DNA of 64,000 nt from a virus. Below, piece by piece: positions 54,808 through 62,928 of this stretch (its first letter is position 1; the number at the start of each line of letters is the position of its first letter). The translations under genes were made by a program, and so were the position numbers. The notes under the pieces are model-generated. The model did no database searches. It was given only the letters and a program-made list of their open reading frames with translations, and was not told the origin of the DNA. The stretch is taken from IMG/VR virus record IMGVR_UViG_3300002461_001027, positions 8,637-72,636 of that record, one strand, 5' to 3'.

Positions 54808-56760
54808 ATGGCCACCAAACGCAGTAGGAAGATGCTGATTCACGACGTGCCCGGCTCGACCGGGCCCGTCGCGCCCCCGACGTCGGAGCCTGCCCGCGTC
54901 ATCCCCATCACCGCCACCATCGCCTCGACGGGCCTGTTCAAGGTCATCAAGTCGAACGTGAAGCAGGCGGCGATGGAGGTGCCGCTGGGCGCCTGCACCG
55001 CCATCACGTCTCCGCGCAACCGCGCCGGGAAGACCGCTGTGCTCGACGCCTTCCGGCTCGCGCTCACCGGCAAGCACCCCATCGGACCGCACGCCGCTGA
55101 CCTCGCCGGGCTCACCCCCGACGGGGCGTACCCGTGGGCGAAGCTCGTGGGCAACGACACGACGACGCACTACCGCTTCGAGCCCGGGAAGAAGACGCCC
55201 GAGATGACGCTCACCGGTGAGCTGGCGAGCTACCAGCAGGACTCGCTCACCCAGCTCCTGCCGCTCGTCTCGATGGCCGAGCTGCTTCACCTCGGTACCG
55301 CGAAGGCCCGGGAGGCGCTCTTCAAGCGCTTCGGCGGCGAGGCCATCCGGACGGCCACGATGCCTGCGGCGCTCACCGAGGAGCAGCAGGCGCTCTGGAC
55401 GCGCGCCATCAACGCGATGGGGCCCAGCGCCAACGTCTCGGCGGTGGACCGGCTCACCCTCGCGGGCACGTGGCTGCGCTCGCACAAGAAGGCCCTCGGC
55501 GACCGCGTGCGCTCGCTGGAGGCCGAGCTGCAGAAGCTGCAGGAAGCCCAGTCGACGTCCGGCGTGGGCTCGCCCTCCGAGGACCTCATCCGGGGCGTGC
55601 AGGAGAAGCTCGACGCCATCAAGACGTACGAGAAGACGTTCGTCATGCAGCAGCGGATGCAGGAGAGCACGGACCGGCTCAACGGGCTCATCGCGCAGGC
55701 GCAGGCGCTGCCTCCGGCGGTGTCGGACGAGGCGCTCGCGCAGGGCCGGGCGAACATCACCGCGAAGTGGGGCACGGCCTTGCTGGAGGCTGACGTCGCG
55801 TCCGCGCAGCAGAACGTCACCGCGCTGAAGTCGGGCATGCAGGTCTACGTGCTCGTCACGAAGCTGCGCGAGATGCTGCACGCGGACGGTCTGTGCATCG
55901 TCTGCACGCACGCCGACGGCGACAAGGCGAAGACGGCCCAGCTGCTCTCCGACGCCGAGCGCACGGTCGCCGAGCACCAAGCGGGGCTGGCGAAGGTCGA
56001 GGCACGACTCGCCGAGGCGCTCGCGGCTCTGCGCAACGCGGTGAGCCACTGTGACGAGGAGCTGCGCGTGCTGCAGTCCGCGTACGACGATGACCAGCGC
56101 CGCCGCCGTCAGCTCGGGCAGGACCTGCAGCTGGCGAAGGGTGCCTACGAGCACGGTCAGTCGCTCATGCAGGCGGCCGGGGCGAACGTCCAGATGCCGA
56201 AGGAGACGCGGGCCGAGCTGGAGGCGCAGCTGGCCGCGCTCAACGCCGCGAAGGCGGAGTCCGGCAGAGCGACGCAGCTGGCGACCGACATCCGCAAGGT
56301 CGGCATCGAGGTGGACGACTGCAAGGTCGTCGAGAAGGCCGTCGGTGACGGGCTCGCCAAGCTCGTGGGCCTCGTGAAGGTGGACGCCGAGAAGGCCGTC
56401 AACGCGTGGATGCCCGAGGGCTTCACGGCGGCGCTCATGCTCGACGACGAAGAGGGCAAGCCCGCGTGCCGGTGGGAAATCATCGGCGCCGACGGCAGGC
56501 CGCACCCCCGGGGCGCGATGTCCGGCGCCGAGTGGAGCGCGCTCACCGTGGCCATCGCGTGCGCGTGGAGCGAGGGCCAGAAGCACCGCTTCCTGCTCCT
56601 CGACGACGCCGACCTCGCTGGGTTCTCCGCTGAGAACGTCCGCAAGGCGCTCAGCATGGTCTCGAAAGCGGTCAGCGAAGGGCGGCTCACGCAGGCCCTC
56701 GTGGCGTGGTCGCGCCCCGAGGAGATTCCCACCGAGGGTTGGAGCGTGGTACAACTCTGA
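54808..56760 (+). CDS. Rad50/SMC-like ABC-type ATPase with coiled coil and CxxC hook
   Basis: RNRAGKT Walker A, long coiled coil with central CIVC, MSGAE signature, LLLDD Walker B. Confidence 0.85.
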   Translation: MATKRSRKMLIHDVPGSTGPVAPPTSEPARVIPITATIASTGLFKVIKSNVKQAAMEVPLGACTAITSPRNRAGKTAVLDAFRLALTGKHPIGPHAADLAGLTPDGAYPWAKLVGNDTTTHYRFEPGKKTPEMTLTGELASYQQDSLTQLLPLVSMAELLHLGTAKAREALFKRFGGEAIRTATMPAALTEEQQALWTRAINAMGPSANVSAVDRLTLAGTWLRSHKKALGDRVRSLEAELQKLQEAQSTSGVGSPSEDLIRGVQEKLDAIKTYEKTFVMQQRMQESTDRLNGLIAQAQALPPAVSDEALAQGRANITAKWGTALLEADVASAQQNVTALKSGMQVYVLVTKLREMLHADGLCIVCTHADGDKAKTAQLLSDAERTVAEHQAGLAKVEARLAEALAALRNAVSHCDEELRVLQSAYDDDQRRRRQLGQDLQLAKGAYEHGQSLMQAAGANVQMPKETRAELEAQLAALNAAKAESGRATQLATDIRKVGIEVDDCKVVEKAVGDGLAKLVGLVKVDAEKAVNAWMPEGFTAALMLDDEEGKPACRWEIIGADGRPHPRGAMSGAEWSALTVAIACAWSEGQKHRFLLLDDADLAGFSAENVRKALSMVSKAVSEGRLTQALVAWSRPEEIPTEGWSVVQL

Positions 56761-56787
56761 CAGTGGAGAGGCCACCAAGGAAAAACC

Positions 56788-57078
56788 ATGACCCTCAACG
56801 AAGCAGCCAAGAAGTGGGACCTGAGCCCGAACTGGGTGCGGACCCTCGTGAAGACGAAGCGCGTGCCAGCCGAGCTGAAGGAGGACGGCCCCGTGCCGTA
56901 CTACGACATCCCGGACGACACCCCGAAGCCGCCGTCGATGCAGCGCGCGCCGCGCCGCAAGGGCACGGGGCCGCTCATCCAGAAGGCCTCGGTGAAGCGC
57001 CGGGCGTACCGCGAAGAGGCGGGGCCGCCGAAGAAGGTCGTGAAGCGCGCCCCGAAGAAGGCGGCGCCGAAGAAGTAA
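56788..57078 (+). CDS. helix-turn-helix DNA-binding protein with basic H1-like tail
   Basis: MTLNEAAKKWDLSPNWVRTLV..RV (excisionase-like HTH); KKVVKRAPKKAAPKK. Confidence 0.7.
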   Translation: MTLNEAAKKWDLSPNWVRTLVKTKRVPAELKEDGPVPYYDIPDDTPKPPSMQRAPRRKGTGPLIQKASVKRRAYREEAGPPKKVVKRAPKKAAPKK

Positions 57079-57086
57079 ACCCCCCG

Positions 57087-57120
57087 GCCCGGGCTTCGAG
57101 TCACGACTCGGAGCCCGGGC
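57087..57120 (+). terminator. hairpin/terminator whose apex is a palindrome copy
   Basis: GCCCGGGCTTCGAGTC-AC-GACTCGGAGCCCGGGC followed by CTTGTTGT, just after the stop at 57078. Confidence 0.55.
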
Positions 57121-57143
57121 CTTGTTGTACCCGGGAGCTGACG

Positions 57144-57317
57144 ATGAAGCGCACGCAGCAGGTGGGTAGCGGGTTGCGAGGCAAACCGCGCATCCGTAAG
57201 GAGCTGAAGAAGGCGCAGACGCGCGCAGAGCGCCGGGCCGAAAACCAGCAGCTGCAGAAGGCTCCCGAGGAGACGGACCGCACGCGGAAGCGTCGGTACT
57301 TCGGCTGGGATGACTGA
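57144..57317 (+). CDS. small basic hypothetical protein
   Basis: GGAG RBS; ATGA-coupled to next. Confidence 0.5.
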   Translation: MKRTQQVGSGLRGKPRIRKELKKAQTRAERRAENQQLQKAPEETDRTRKRRYFGWDD

Positions 57318-57531
57318 GCGGGCGCGCGCGTACGTCGTCACGGTGCATAGCCACTATCCGAACGGGTACATCAAGACCGAGTGGACGGTCACCGAGGCAC
57401 TCGACGCACGGCATGCAGCCTTCAACGCGAAGAACTGGGCGCGCGAGATTCACCACGTGGCGTCGCACACGGCAGCGCGCGTCGTCGTGCGGGCGACCGG
57501 CGAGGTCGTCGACCCCGCCCTGTACACTTGA
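57310..57531 (+). CDS. hypothetical protein
   Basis: Coupled ORF. Confidence 0.55.
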   Translation: MTERARAYVVTVHSHYPNGYIKTEWTVTEALDARHAAFNAKNWAREIHHVASHTAARVVVRATGEVVDPALYT

Positions 57532-57557
57532 CGACCGTGGTAGGGCTCTGCTAGATG
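57528..57557 (+). promoter_or_regulatory. phage promoter (same family)
   Basis: TTGACG ACCGTGGTAGGGCTCTGC TAGATG. Confidence 0.55.
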
Positions 57558-57748
57558 CTCGGGGATGCAATTCCTCCATCACGGCACAGGCTGGGACTTC
57601 TCCGTCGGAGTCGACCTCGGCGAGCGCGAGGTGTGGCTATGCCTCCTGCCTCCGCGTCGTTGGTACTTCGGCAGGGACGTCATGGCCATCCACTTCGCCA
57701 TCGACGCCTACGGCTTCGGCTTCTTCGAGCTGCAGATCGGCTGAAGTC

Positions 57749-57979
57749 ATGAACGTCGACCGCCTGAACTTCTACCCGCCGAAGGACGTGCGCATTGGTC
57801 CTTCGCTGAGCTGGGCGCTCGTCGGCGCGAAGGTCTGGTTCTTCAACACGCCTGAGAACCTCTGGCGCGTGGGGCACATCGTGGAGTCGTACGGCCACGC
57901 CTGCATCGTCGAGAACAAGCAGCTGGACCTGCGGCGCTGGTCGCACGTCCACGACTGCTACACCTACCGTGAGTACTGA
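57749..57979 (+). CDS. hypothetical protein
   Basis: Start in degenerate half-palindrome at 57744. Confidence 0.5.
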   Translation: MNVDRLNFYPPKDVRIGPSLSWALVGAKVWFFNTPENLWRVGHIVESYGHACIVENKQLDLRRWSHVHDCYTYREY

Positions 57980-58007
57980 CCGGGCTGCGTGAGGTAGCCT
58001 CCGAGAC

Positions 58008-58340
58008 ATGCGCAGTCCCATCTGGCTCAAGCTCTTCGACGACTCGTGGGGCGCCAAGCTCCCGCACGACGTCGCGTCACCCGGCGACATCATCACGCTG
58101 GAGGCGAAGGACGGCTCGAAGACCGAGGTGCGCCTGTTGGAGCGCGTCACCGGCGAGCAGCACTGGTCCATCTGGCGCGTGACGCGCGAGCTGACACCGC
58201 CAGCGCCGCCGGTGAAGCGCGTGCAGGCGCGGAAGCCCGTCATTCGCCGTGGAGGAGTCGTACATCGCCTCCCAGTCATGACTCCTGAGCCGCCTCCGCT
58301 CACCGACGCCGACGCGCCGCCGCCCCCGAATGACGATTGA
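58008..58340 (+). CDS. hypothetical protein with Pro-rich tail
   Basis: GAGG RBS. Confidence 0.55.
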   Translation: MRSPIWLKLFDDSWGAKLPHDVASPGDIITLEAKDGSKTEVRLLERVTGEQHWSIWRVTRELTPPAPPVKRVQARKPVIRRGGVVHRLPVMTPEPPPLTDADAPPPPNDD

Positions 58341-58366
58341 CAAGCGTGGTAGGGGAGTGCTACACC
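58337..58366 (+). promoter_or_regulatory. phage promoter (same family)
   Basis: TTGACA AGCGTGGTAGGGGAGTGC TACACC. Confidence 0.65.
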
Positions 58367-58375
58367 CCACTTCCC

Positions 58376-59371
58376 ATGGGACACACCGCACAGGAAATCG
58401 TAGAGCTGGCGCTGACGGCGCGCGCACGCTTCGCCGAACTCGGTGTCACGAAGCACGCGGTCGAGCGCTTCATGGAGCGCGGTGGTCGCGACATCTTTCG
58501 CAGCCACACCCAGCAGCGCGTCTGGGAGCAGTTCAACGCGCAGAAGTACTTCCTGAAGCTCGTCATCGGGGCGAGCCTCGCCCTTGACGAGCTGGACCGG
58601 ACCCAAGGCAAGGCGCCGCTCGTTCCGCGACGAGTGCTCTACGGCAGTGACGTCGTCACGCTGCTGCAGCTGCAGTATCCGCCGCGCTTCAGCACTCCCG
58701 ACCCGCAGCCTCTCGGCCTCTTCGCCTGCATCAAGGGCGATGCCGTCCTGAGCACTCTCACGACTGTGATGGTGCAGAACAACCTCCTGCAGGGCACCTA
58801 CAAGCAGTGCGACGGCACGGCCTTCCCTCTGACGCATCCTCTGTTGAAACCGAAGGAGACATCTATGGCTGATCTCGACAACAAGGCGACCTTCGACTGG
58901 GCGTACAACTTCTTCAAGGACAACCCGAAGGCCTCCGTGAACGGCGCGCTGAAGGCGGCCAACAACGCCAAGCCGCGCATCGCGCCCATACAACCCATCT
59001 TCGCTGAAGCTCGGCGCAGGGCGCAGGCCGAGCGTCCTGTGGAAGCTGAGCCGCCGAAGACGCCCCCTGCGGTCGAGTACAAGCCCGCTCCCTTCACCCC
59101 CAAGCTGGTCCCCGCAGTCCAACCCGTAGTTCTCGATGAGGTTCCCACCATGGCTACTCCTCCCGTCCCGACTCCTGTTTCAGTCCCTCGTTCCGTGAAG
59201 GACGTCGAAGCCGACGCGCTCGGCCCCATCGCAAAGCAGCTCGCCGAGAAGATGCGCGAGCTGGGCATGAGCAGCTGCGTGATGACGCTCGCCGAAGAGG
59301 ATGACGGCGGCATCGACGCCGAGTGGGACGTCTCCTACAAGCGCTCCGGCAAGGGGAAGATGCGCTTCTGA
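58376..59371 (+). CDS. hypothetical protein (may be two fused modules)
   Basis: Second module MADLDNK after an internal AAGGAG RBS. Confidence 0.6.
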   Translation: MGHTAQEIVELALTARARFAELGVTKHAVERFMERGGRDIFRSHTQQRVWEQFNAQKYFLKLVIGASLALDELDRTQGKAPLVPRRVLYGSDVVTLLQLQYPPRFSTPDPQPLGLFACIKGDAVLSTLTTVMVQNNLLQGTYKQCDGTAFPLTHPLLKPKETSMADLDNKATFDWAYNFFKDNPKASVNGALKAANNAKPRIAPIQPIFAEARRRAQAERPVEAEPPKTPPAVEYKPAPFTPKLVPAVQPVVLDEVPTMATPPVPTPVSVPRSVKDVEADALGPIAKQLAEKMRELGMSSCVMTLAEEDDGGIDAEWDVSYKRSGKGKMRF

Positions 59372-59394
59372 GTCATGACTCGAACCGGGAGCCG

Positions 59395-61731
59395 ATGATG
59401 AGCGACATCGTGGAGGTCGCCCCTACGGGGCAGGCAGAGCGCATCGAAGGGTCGAACGAGCTGCAGCTGCCGCGCATCGGCGACTGGTACTGGCTGCGCC
59501 AGTCGTACAAACAGCGCGACGACTACCTCATCGAGAACGACCGCCTCGAAGACAAGAAGCGCCGGAAGCTGAAGAAGGCCGAGTTGGGCACGGCCGAGGC
59601 GAGCTTCTCCAAGACGTACGACGACTACTACGAGCGCTTCGTCACCGTGACGGACATCGGCTCCAACTACATCAAGGTCAGCGCGCCGAAGGTGAAGTCG
59701 GCCAGCGGCAGCTCGTACCTCGGTGAGAGCTGGCGCATCCATCTCGACGAGATGGACGGGCTGCTGCGCCGGGAGCTGGACCCGAAGACGGTCATCGGCA
59801 TGCACCTGAACCAGCACCGGGTGCAGGTGGCTCACCTTCTCGGCGAAGTGCAGCGCATCACGCAGCAGCTCGGCGTCGGGCAGCAGTCACTTGGGGAAGG
59901 AGGCTCGGCGCAGGCGGCCGAGACCTCGGCCCTCGTGCACGCCGCAGGCATCCGGCCCGTCGAGGAGTTCAAGGCGGCGCTCACGCTGGCGAAGGAGAAG
60001 ACGCTGCCCGAGCTGTTCAAGGCTGTCGAGATTGAGAACGCGCTGATGGCGAGCTGGATGAACGCCGAATTGCTTCCGCTGCGGGCGCAGGCTGAGAAGG
60101 GCCTCAAGCCCATCATCGAGCGTATCGACAACCGCATCTTCAACGTCGAGCTGTACGCAGGGCTCGTCGAGGAGGTGGTGCAGATCCGCGAGGGCGAGCA
60201 CGCCGAGGTGGGCGAGCCCATCCACCTCATGCAGCGCCGTCACTACATGGACGAGGAGTGCCTCATCAACTACGAGGCGGGCGGGATGAACTTCCAGAAG
60301 GTCGAGGACTTCGACCGCTGGCTCGCGAAGCCGGAGAACGCCCGGCGCATCTTCCCCTTCAAGCGCTGCCTCGTCGCCTTCCGCATCCGTCGCCACGAGA
60401 AGGAGTACCTCTTCGAGGGCGGCTCTTTCGAAGACTTCCTCTCGTTCACGCGCTGGGTGGGCGACGCAAAGGAGGCGGACATGGCGACGTTCCTGTACAT
60501 CCGCAACGGCGCGGCGCTGTACCGGCTGACGACGAGTCATGACTTTGGCGAGCAGCTCTTCCCGGACGAGAAGCTGCGCCACCTCACCGGCGCGCTCTAC
60601 GCGAAGAATGAGCACTTCGGGAAGTGGCAGGTCATCACCGAGGGTGACTACGAGGAGCGCAAGGCGGCATACGCGGCTGCGGTGAAGGAGCTTCCGGCGA
60701 AGCAGCGCGAGTACGAGAAGGCGCTGAAGGCGTTTCACGAGAAGTGGGCGATGTACCTCGACGAGGTCGACGACGACGAGGACGGTGACCGCTCGCGCAC
60801 GTGGAACGTCGCCGCGTACGAGAAGCGGCTCGACGCGCTGAAGGCGAAAGGCGAGACGTTCCTTTCGGTCGTCTCTGGCAAGGAGATGACGGCGGCCGAC
60901 GGCTGGGCGCGCGACAGGGACTACGAGGCCGCGCACCGGCAGGGCTACTACGAAGAGCGCCCGCGCGCACCAAGCCGACCACACGACGAGTCGAGCGGCT
61001 TCGAGCCGTTCAACGACTCGTCGGTGTACTACGACGACATCCAAGCGTTCCTGCAGAAGCAGCGAGACCAGCACAACCGCCTCGTCCTCGTGCTGCAGGG
61101 CCTGCTCGACCGCTCGCCGGTGCTGCACCCGCACCCGAAGTGGCAGCTGTGGACCGACGTCGGCTTCCAGAGCGCGCTCGTGCTGCACTACGACAGCGCC
61201 CGGGCCTTGCCCGCCTCGGAGGAAGGACCGCTCTTCAGGAGCTTCCAGAAGGCGAAGAACGCGAACATCAAAGCTGGCTCGCTCGTGACGGGGGTCTACT
61301 ACTGGTGGCGCAAAGAGCAGGAGGAGAAGGCGTCGAAGCGCTACGACCCGTACGGGCGCCACCAGCGCAGTCACTTCCCTGACGGCCCAGACAAGGTGAT
61401 GCGCGTCACCTCGCTGCGGAAGGGCCGCGTCTACTTCGAGTGGACGAAGGTGAAGGAGTTCAGCGGACACTACAACGTGTACCGCCGGTGGGTGGTGCCC
61501 CCGCCGCGCGTCGTGAAGGTGCGCTTCAGCTGCACCGTCGACCAAGTGCTCTGCGTGGACGACTACAAGGCGGGCGAGTACCTCCAGTTCTTCGAGGATC
61601 CGCGCACGCGCGCCGAGTACATCCGCTGGGCGCCGTACCTGCTGGCGGCTGAGGACTTCGTGCACGGCAAGGCGAAGGTCCGGGAGCCGGTGAAGGACAA
61701 CGTCGAAGAAGACGAAAGCGAGGAGTCATGA
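59395..61731 (+). CDS. large hypothetical protein (about 780 aa)
   Basis: Long ORF with genome-typical codon usage; no recognisable motif. Confidence 0.85.
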   Translation: MMSDIVEVAPTGQAERIEGSNELQLPRIGDWYWLRQSYKQRDDYLIENDRLEDKKRRKLKKAELGTAEASFSKTYDDYYERFVTVTDIGSNYIKVSAPKVKSASGSSYLGESWRIHLDEMDGLLRRELDPKTVIGMHLNQHRVQVAHLLGEVQRITQQLGVGQQSLGEGGSAQAAETSALVHAAGIRPVEEFKAALTLAKEKTLPELFKAVEIENALMASWMNAELLPLRAQAEKGLKPIIERIDNRIFNVELYAGLVEEVVQIREGEHAEVGEPIHLMQRRHYMDEECLINYEAGGMNFQKVEDFDRWLAKPENARRIFPFKRCLVAFRIRRHEKEYLFEGGSFEDFLSFTRWVGDAKEADMATFLYIRNGAALYRLTTSHDFGEQLFPDEKLRHLTGALYAKNEHFGKWQVITEGDYEERKAAYAAAVKELPAKQREYEKALKAFHEKWAMYLDEVDDDEDGDRSRTWNVAAYEKRLDALKAKGETFLSVVSGKEMTAADGWARDRDYEAAHRQGYYEERPRAPSRPHDESSGFEPFNDSSVYYDDIQAFLQKQRDQHNRLVLVLQGLLDRSPVLHPHPKWQLWTDVGFQSALVLHYDSARALPASEEGPLFRSFQKAKNANIKAGSLVTGVYYWWRKEQEEKASKRYDPYGRHQRSHFPDGPDKVMRVTSLRKGRVYFEWTKVKEFSGHYNVYRRWVVPPPRVVKVRFSCTVDQVLCVDDYKAGEYLQFFEDPRTRAEYIRWAPYLLAAEDFVHGKAKVREPVKDNVEEDESEES

Positions 61732-62165
61732 CTCTGGTGATGTGGCTGATGGTGGCGGCGTTCGCAGGCAGCCTCTTCGCGATGGTGTGGCGTCACCTCC
61801 GACAGGAGCGCGCCCGGGCAGCAGCTGAAGCCGCTGCGTGGGAGGCCGAGCAGGCGAGCATCACGCCCGAGGAGCGCGCGGCGGCAGAGCTACAGACGCT
61901 GAACACGCTCGCGAACGCTGGCCCAGCCTTCATCCAGCTGTGGCACCTCGACCCCGAGATGCGCCGTCGCGCGCAGACGAAGGCGTACGCTGTCTTCGCG
62001 CTCGAACACTTCAAGCGTGAGGCTGCACTGACGGGCAAGAGTCTGGGGCTTGAGCTGGTCCGCTTGGACGCCGCACGCGCGAGAGGTGAGAAGTGTCCGC
62101 GCTGCGACGGTAACGGAGGCGCTGACCGACGTACGAAGTGCCCCTCCTGCGGAGAACTGGGGTGA
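61728..62165 (+). CDS. TM plus C-terminal Zn-finger hypothetical protein
   Basis: N-terminal TM; CPRC..CPSC. Confidence 0.55.
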   Translation: MTLVMWLMVAAFAGSLFAMVWRHLRQERARAAAEAAAWEAEQASITPEERAAAELQTLNTLANAGPAFIQLWHLDPEMRRRAQTKAYAVFALEHFKREAALTGKSLGLELVRLDAARARGEKCPRCDGNGGADRRTKCPSCGELG

Positions 62166-62199
62166 CCGTGGAAGTCGAGCGCGACTCCCAGAAGAAGAC

Positions 62200-62229
62200 T
62201 TGACTCTGACGACCGTGGTAGACTATTAC
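62200..62229 (+). promoter_or_regulatory. phage promoter with GTGGTA-N-TACCAC inverted box
   Basis: TTGACT-N18-TATTAC; GTGGTAGACTATTACCAC overlaps. Confidence 0.45.
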
Positions 62230-62258
62230 CACTCTGCAACCACAACCCGGAGAACACC

Positions 62259-62705
62259 ATGGCCCGCTGCAACGAGTGCAACAAGTTCGCTTCCTTCGGC
62301 GAACCCGAAATCGAAGTCGACTCCTCCGAGGTCTCGCGCACCGACGCGCGCACGCTCGTCGTCACGGCGAGCGTGGAAATCAAGCGCAACTGCGCTGACT
62401 GCGGCACGACGCTGCGCACGGGCAGCTTCGACGTCGAGCAGACGGTTATCGTACCCAAGGGTGAGCCTGACGTCGGCGAGAACGACGACCTGAGCGTCGA
62501 GGTGGACGACCCTGAGCCTTCCGAGCGCGTCGAAGGGAAGGGGCGCGGCGCGAAGACGTTCATCGGCTTCACCGCTTCGGGTACCGTCACCGTCAAGCCC
62601 GCTGACACCACGGACGAAGAGGGGCAGGAAGTCGAAGGCAAGGAGTTCACGGTCGTCTTCGACATCTCCGACGAGATGCAGGCGTCACACTTCGATGAAG
62701 CCTGA
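62259..62705 (+). CDS. acidic beta-rich hypothetical protein (CNEC..CADC)
   Basis: GGAG RBS. Confidence 0.65.
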   Translation: MARCNECNKFASFGEPEIEVDSSEVSRTDARTLVVTASVEIKRNCADCGTTLRTGSFDVEQTVIVPKGEPDVGENDDLSVEVDDPEPSERVEGKGRGAKTFIGFTASGTVTVKPADTTDEEGQEVEGKEFTVVFDISDEMQASHFDEA

Positions 62706-62928
62706 CGCACGCAAGAACCTGCTCGTCGAGCTGCGTGGCGCCGAGAAGGCGCGCGACAGGGCCGAGTACGACCACAGCACGACGTACGCGAAGTTCAGGA
62801 CCGAGCCTGCGAACACGCAGAAGCTCGTCGAGCACCAGCACGCCGCCTCCATCCTGCACGCCGCAGGGCTGGAGGTCCGGCGGCTGTACACCGAGCTGGA
62901 GCAGATGGTCTCGAAGGAGGAGTCATGA
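62695..62928 (+). CDS. hypothetical protein
   Basis: Stop in palindrome 62920. Confidence 0.55.
   Translation: MKPDARKNLLVELRGAEKARDRAEYDHSTTYAKFRTEPANTQKLVEHQHAASILHAAGLEVRRLYTELEQMVSKEES

Noticed and set aside
57744-57755. Weak palindrome-like matches (1092, 21757, 29538, 45884, 57744)
   Set aside because: Two or more mismatches; excluded from the count of 40.
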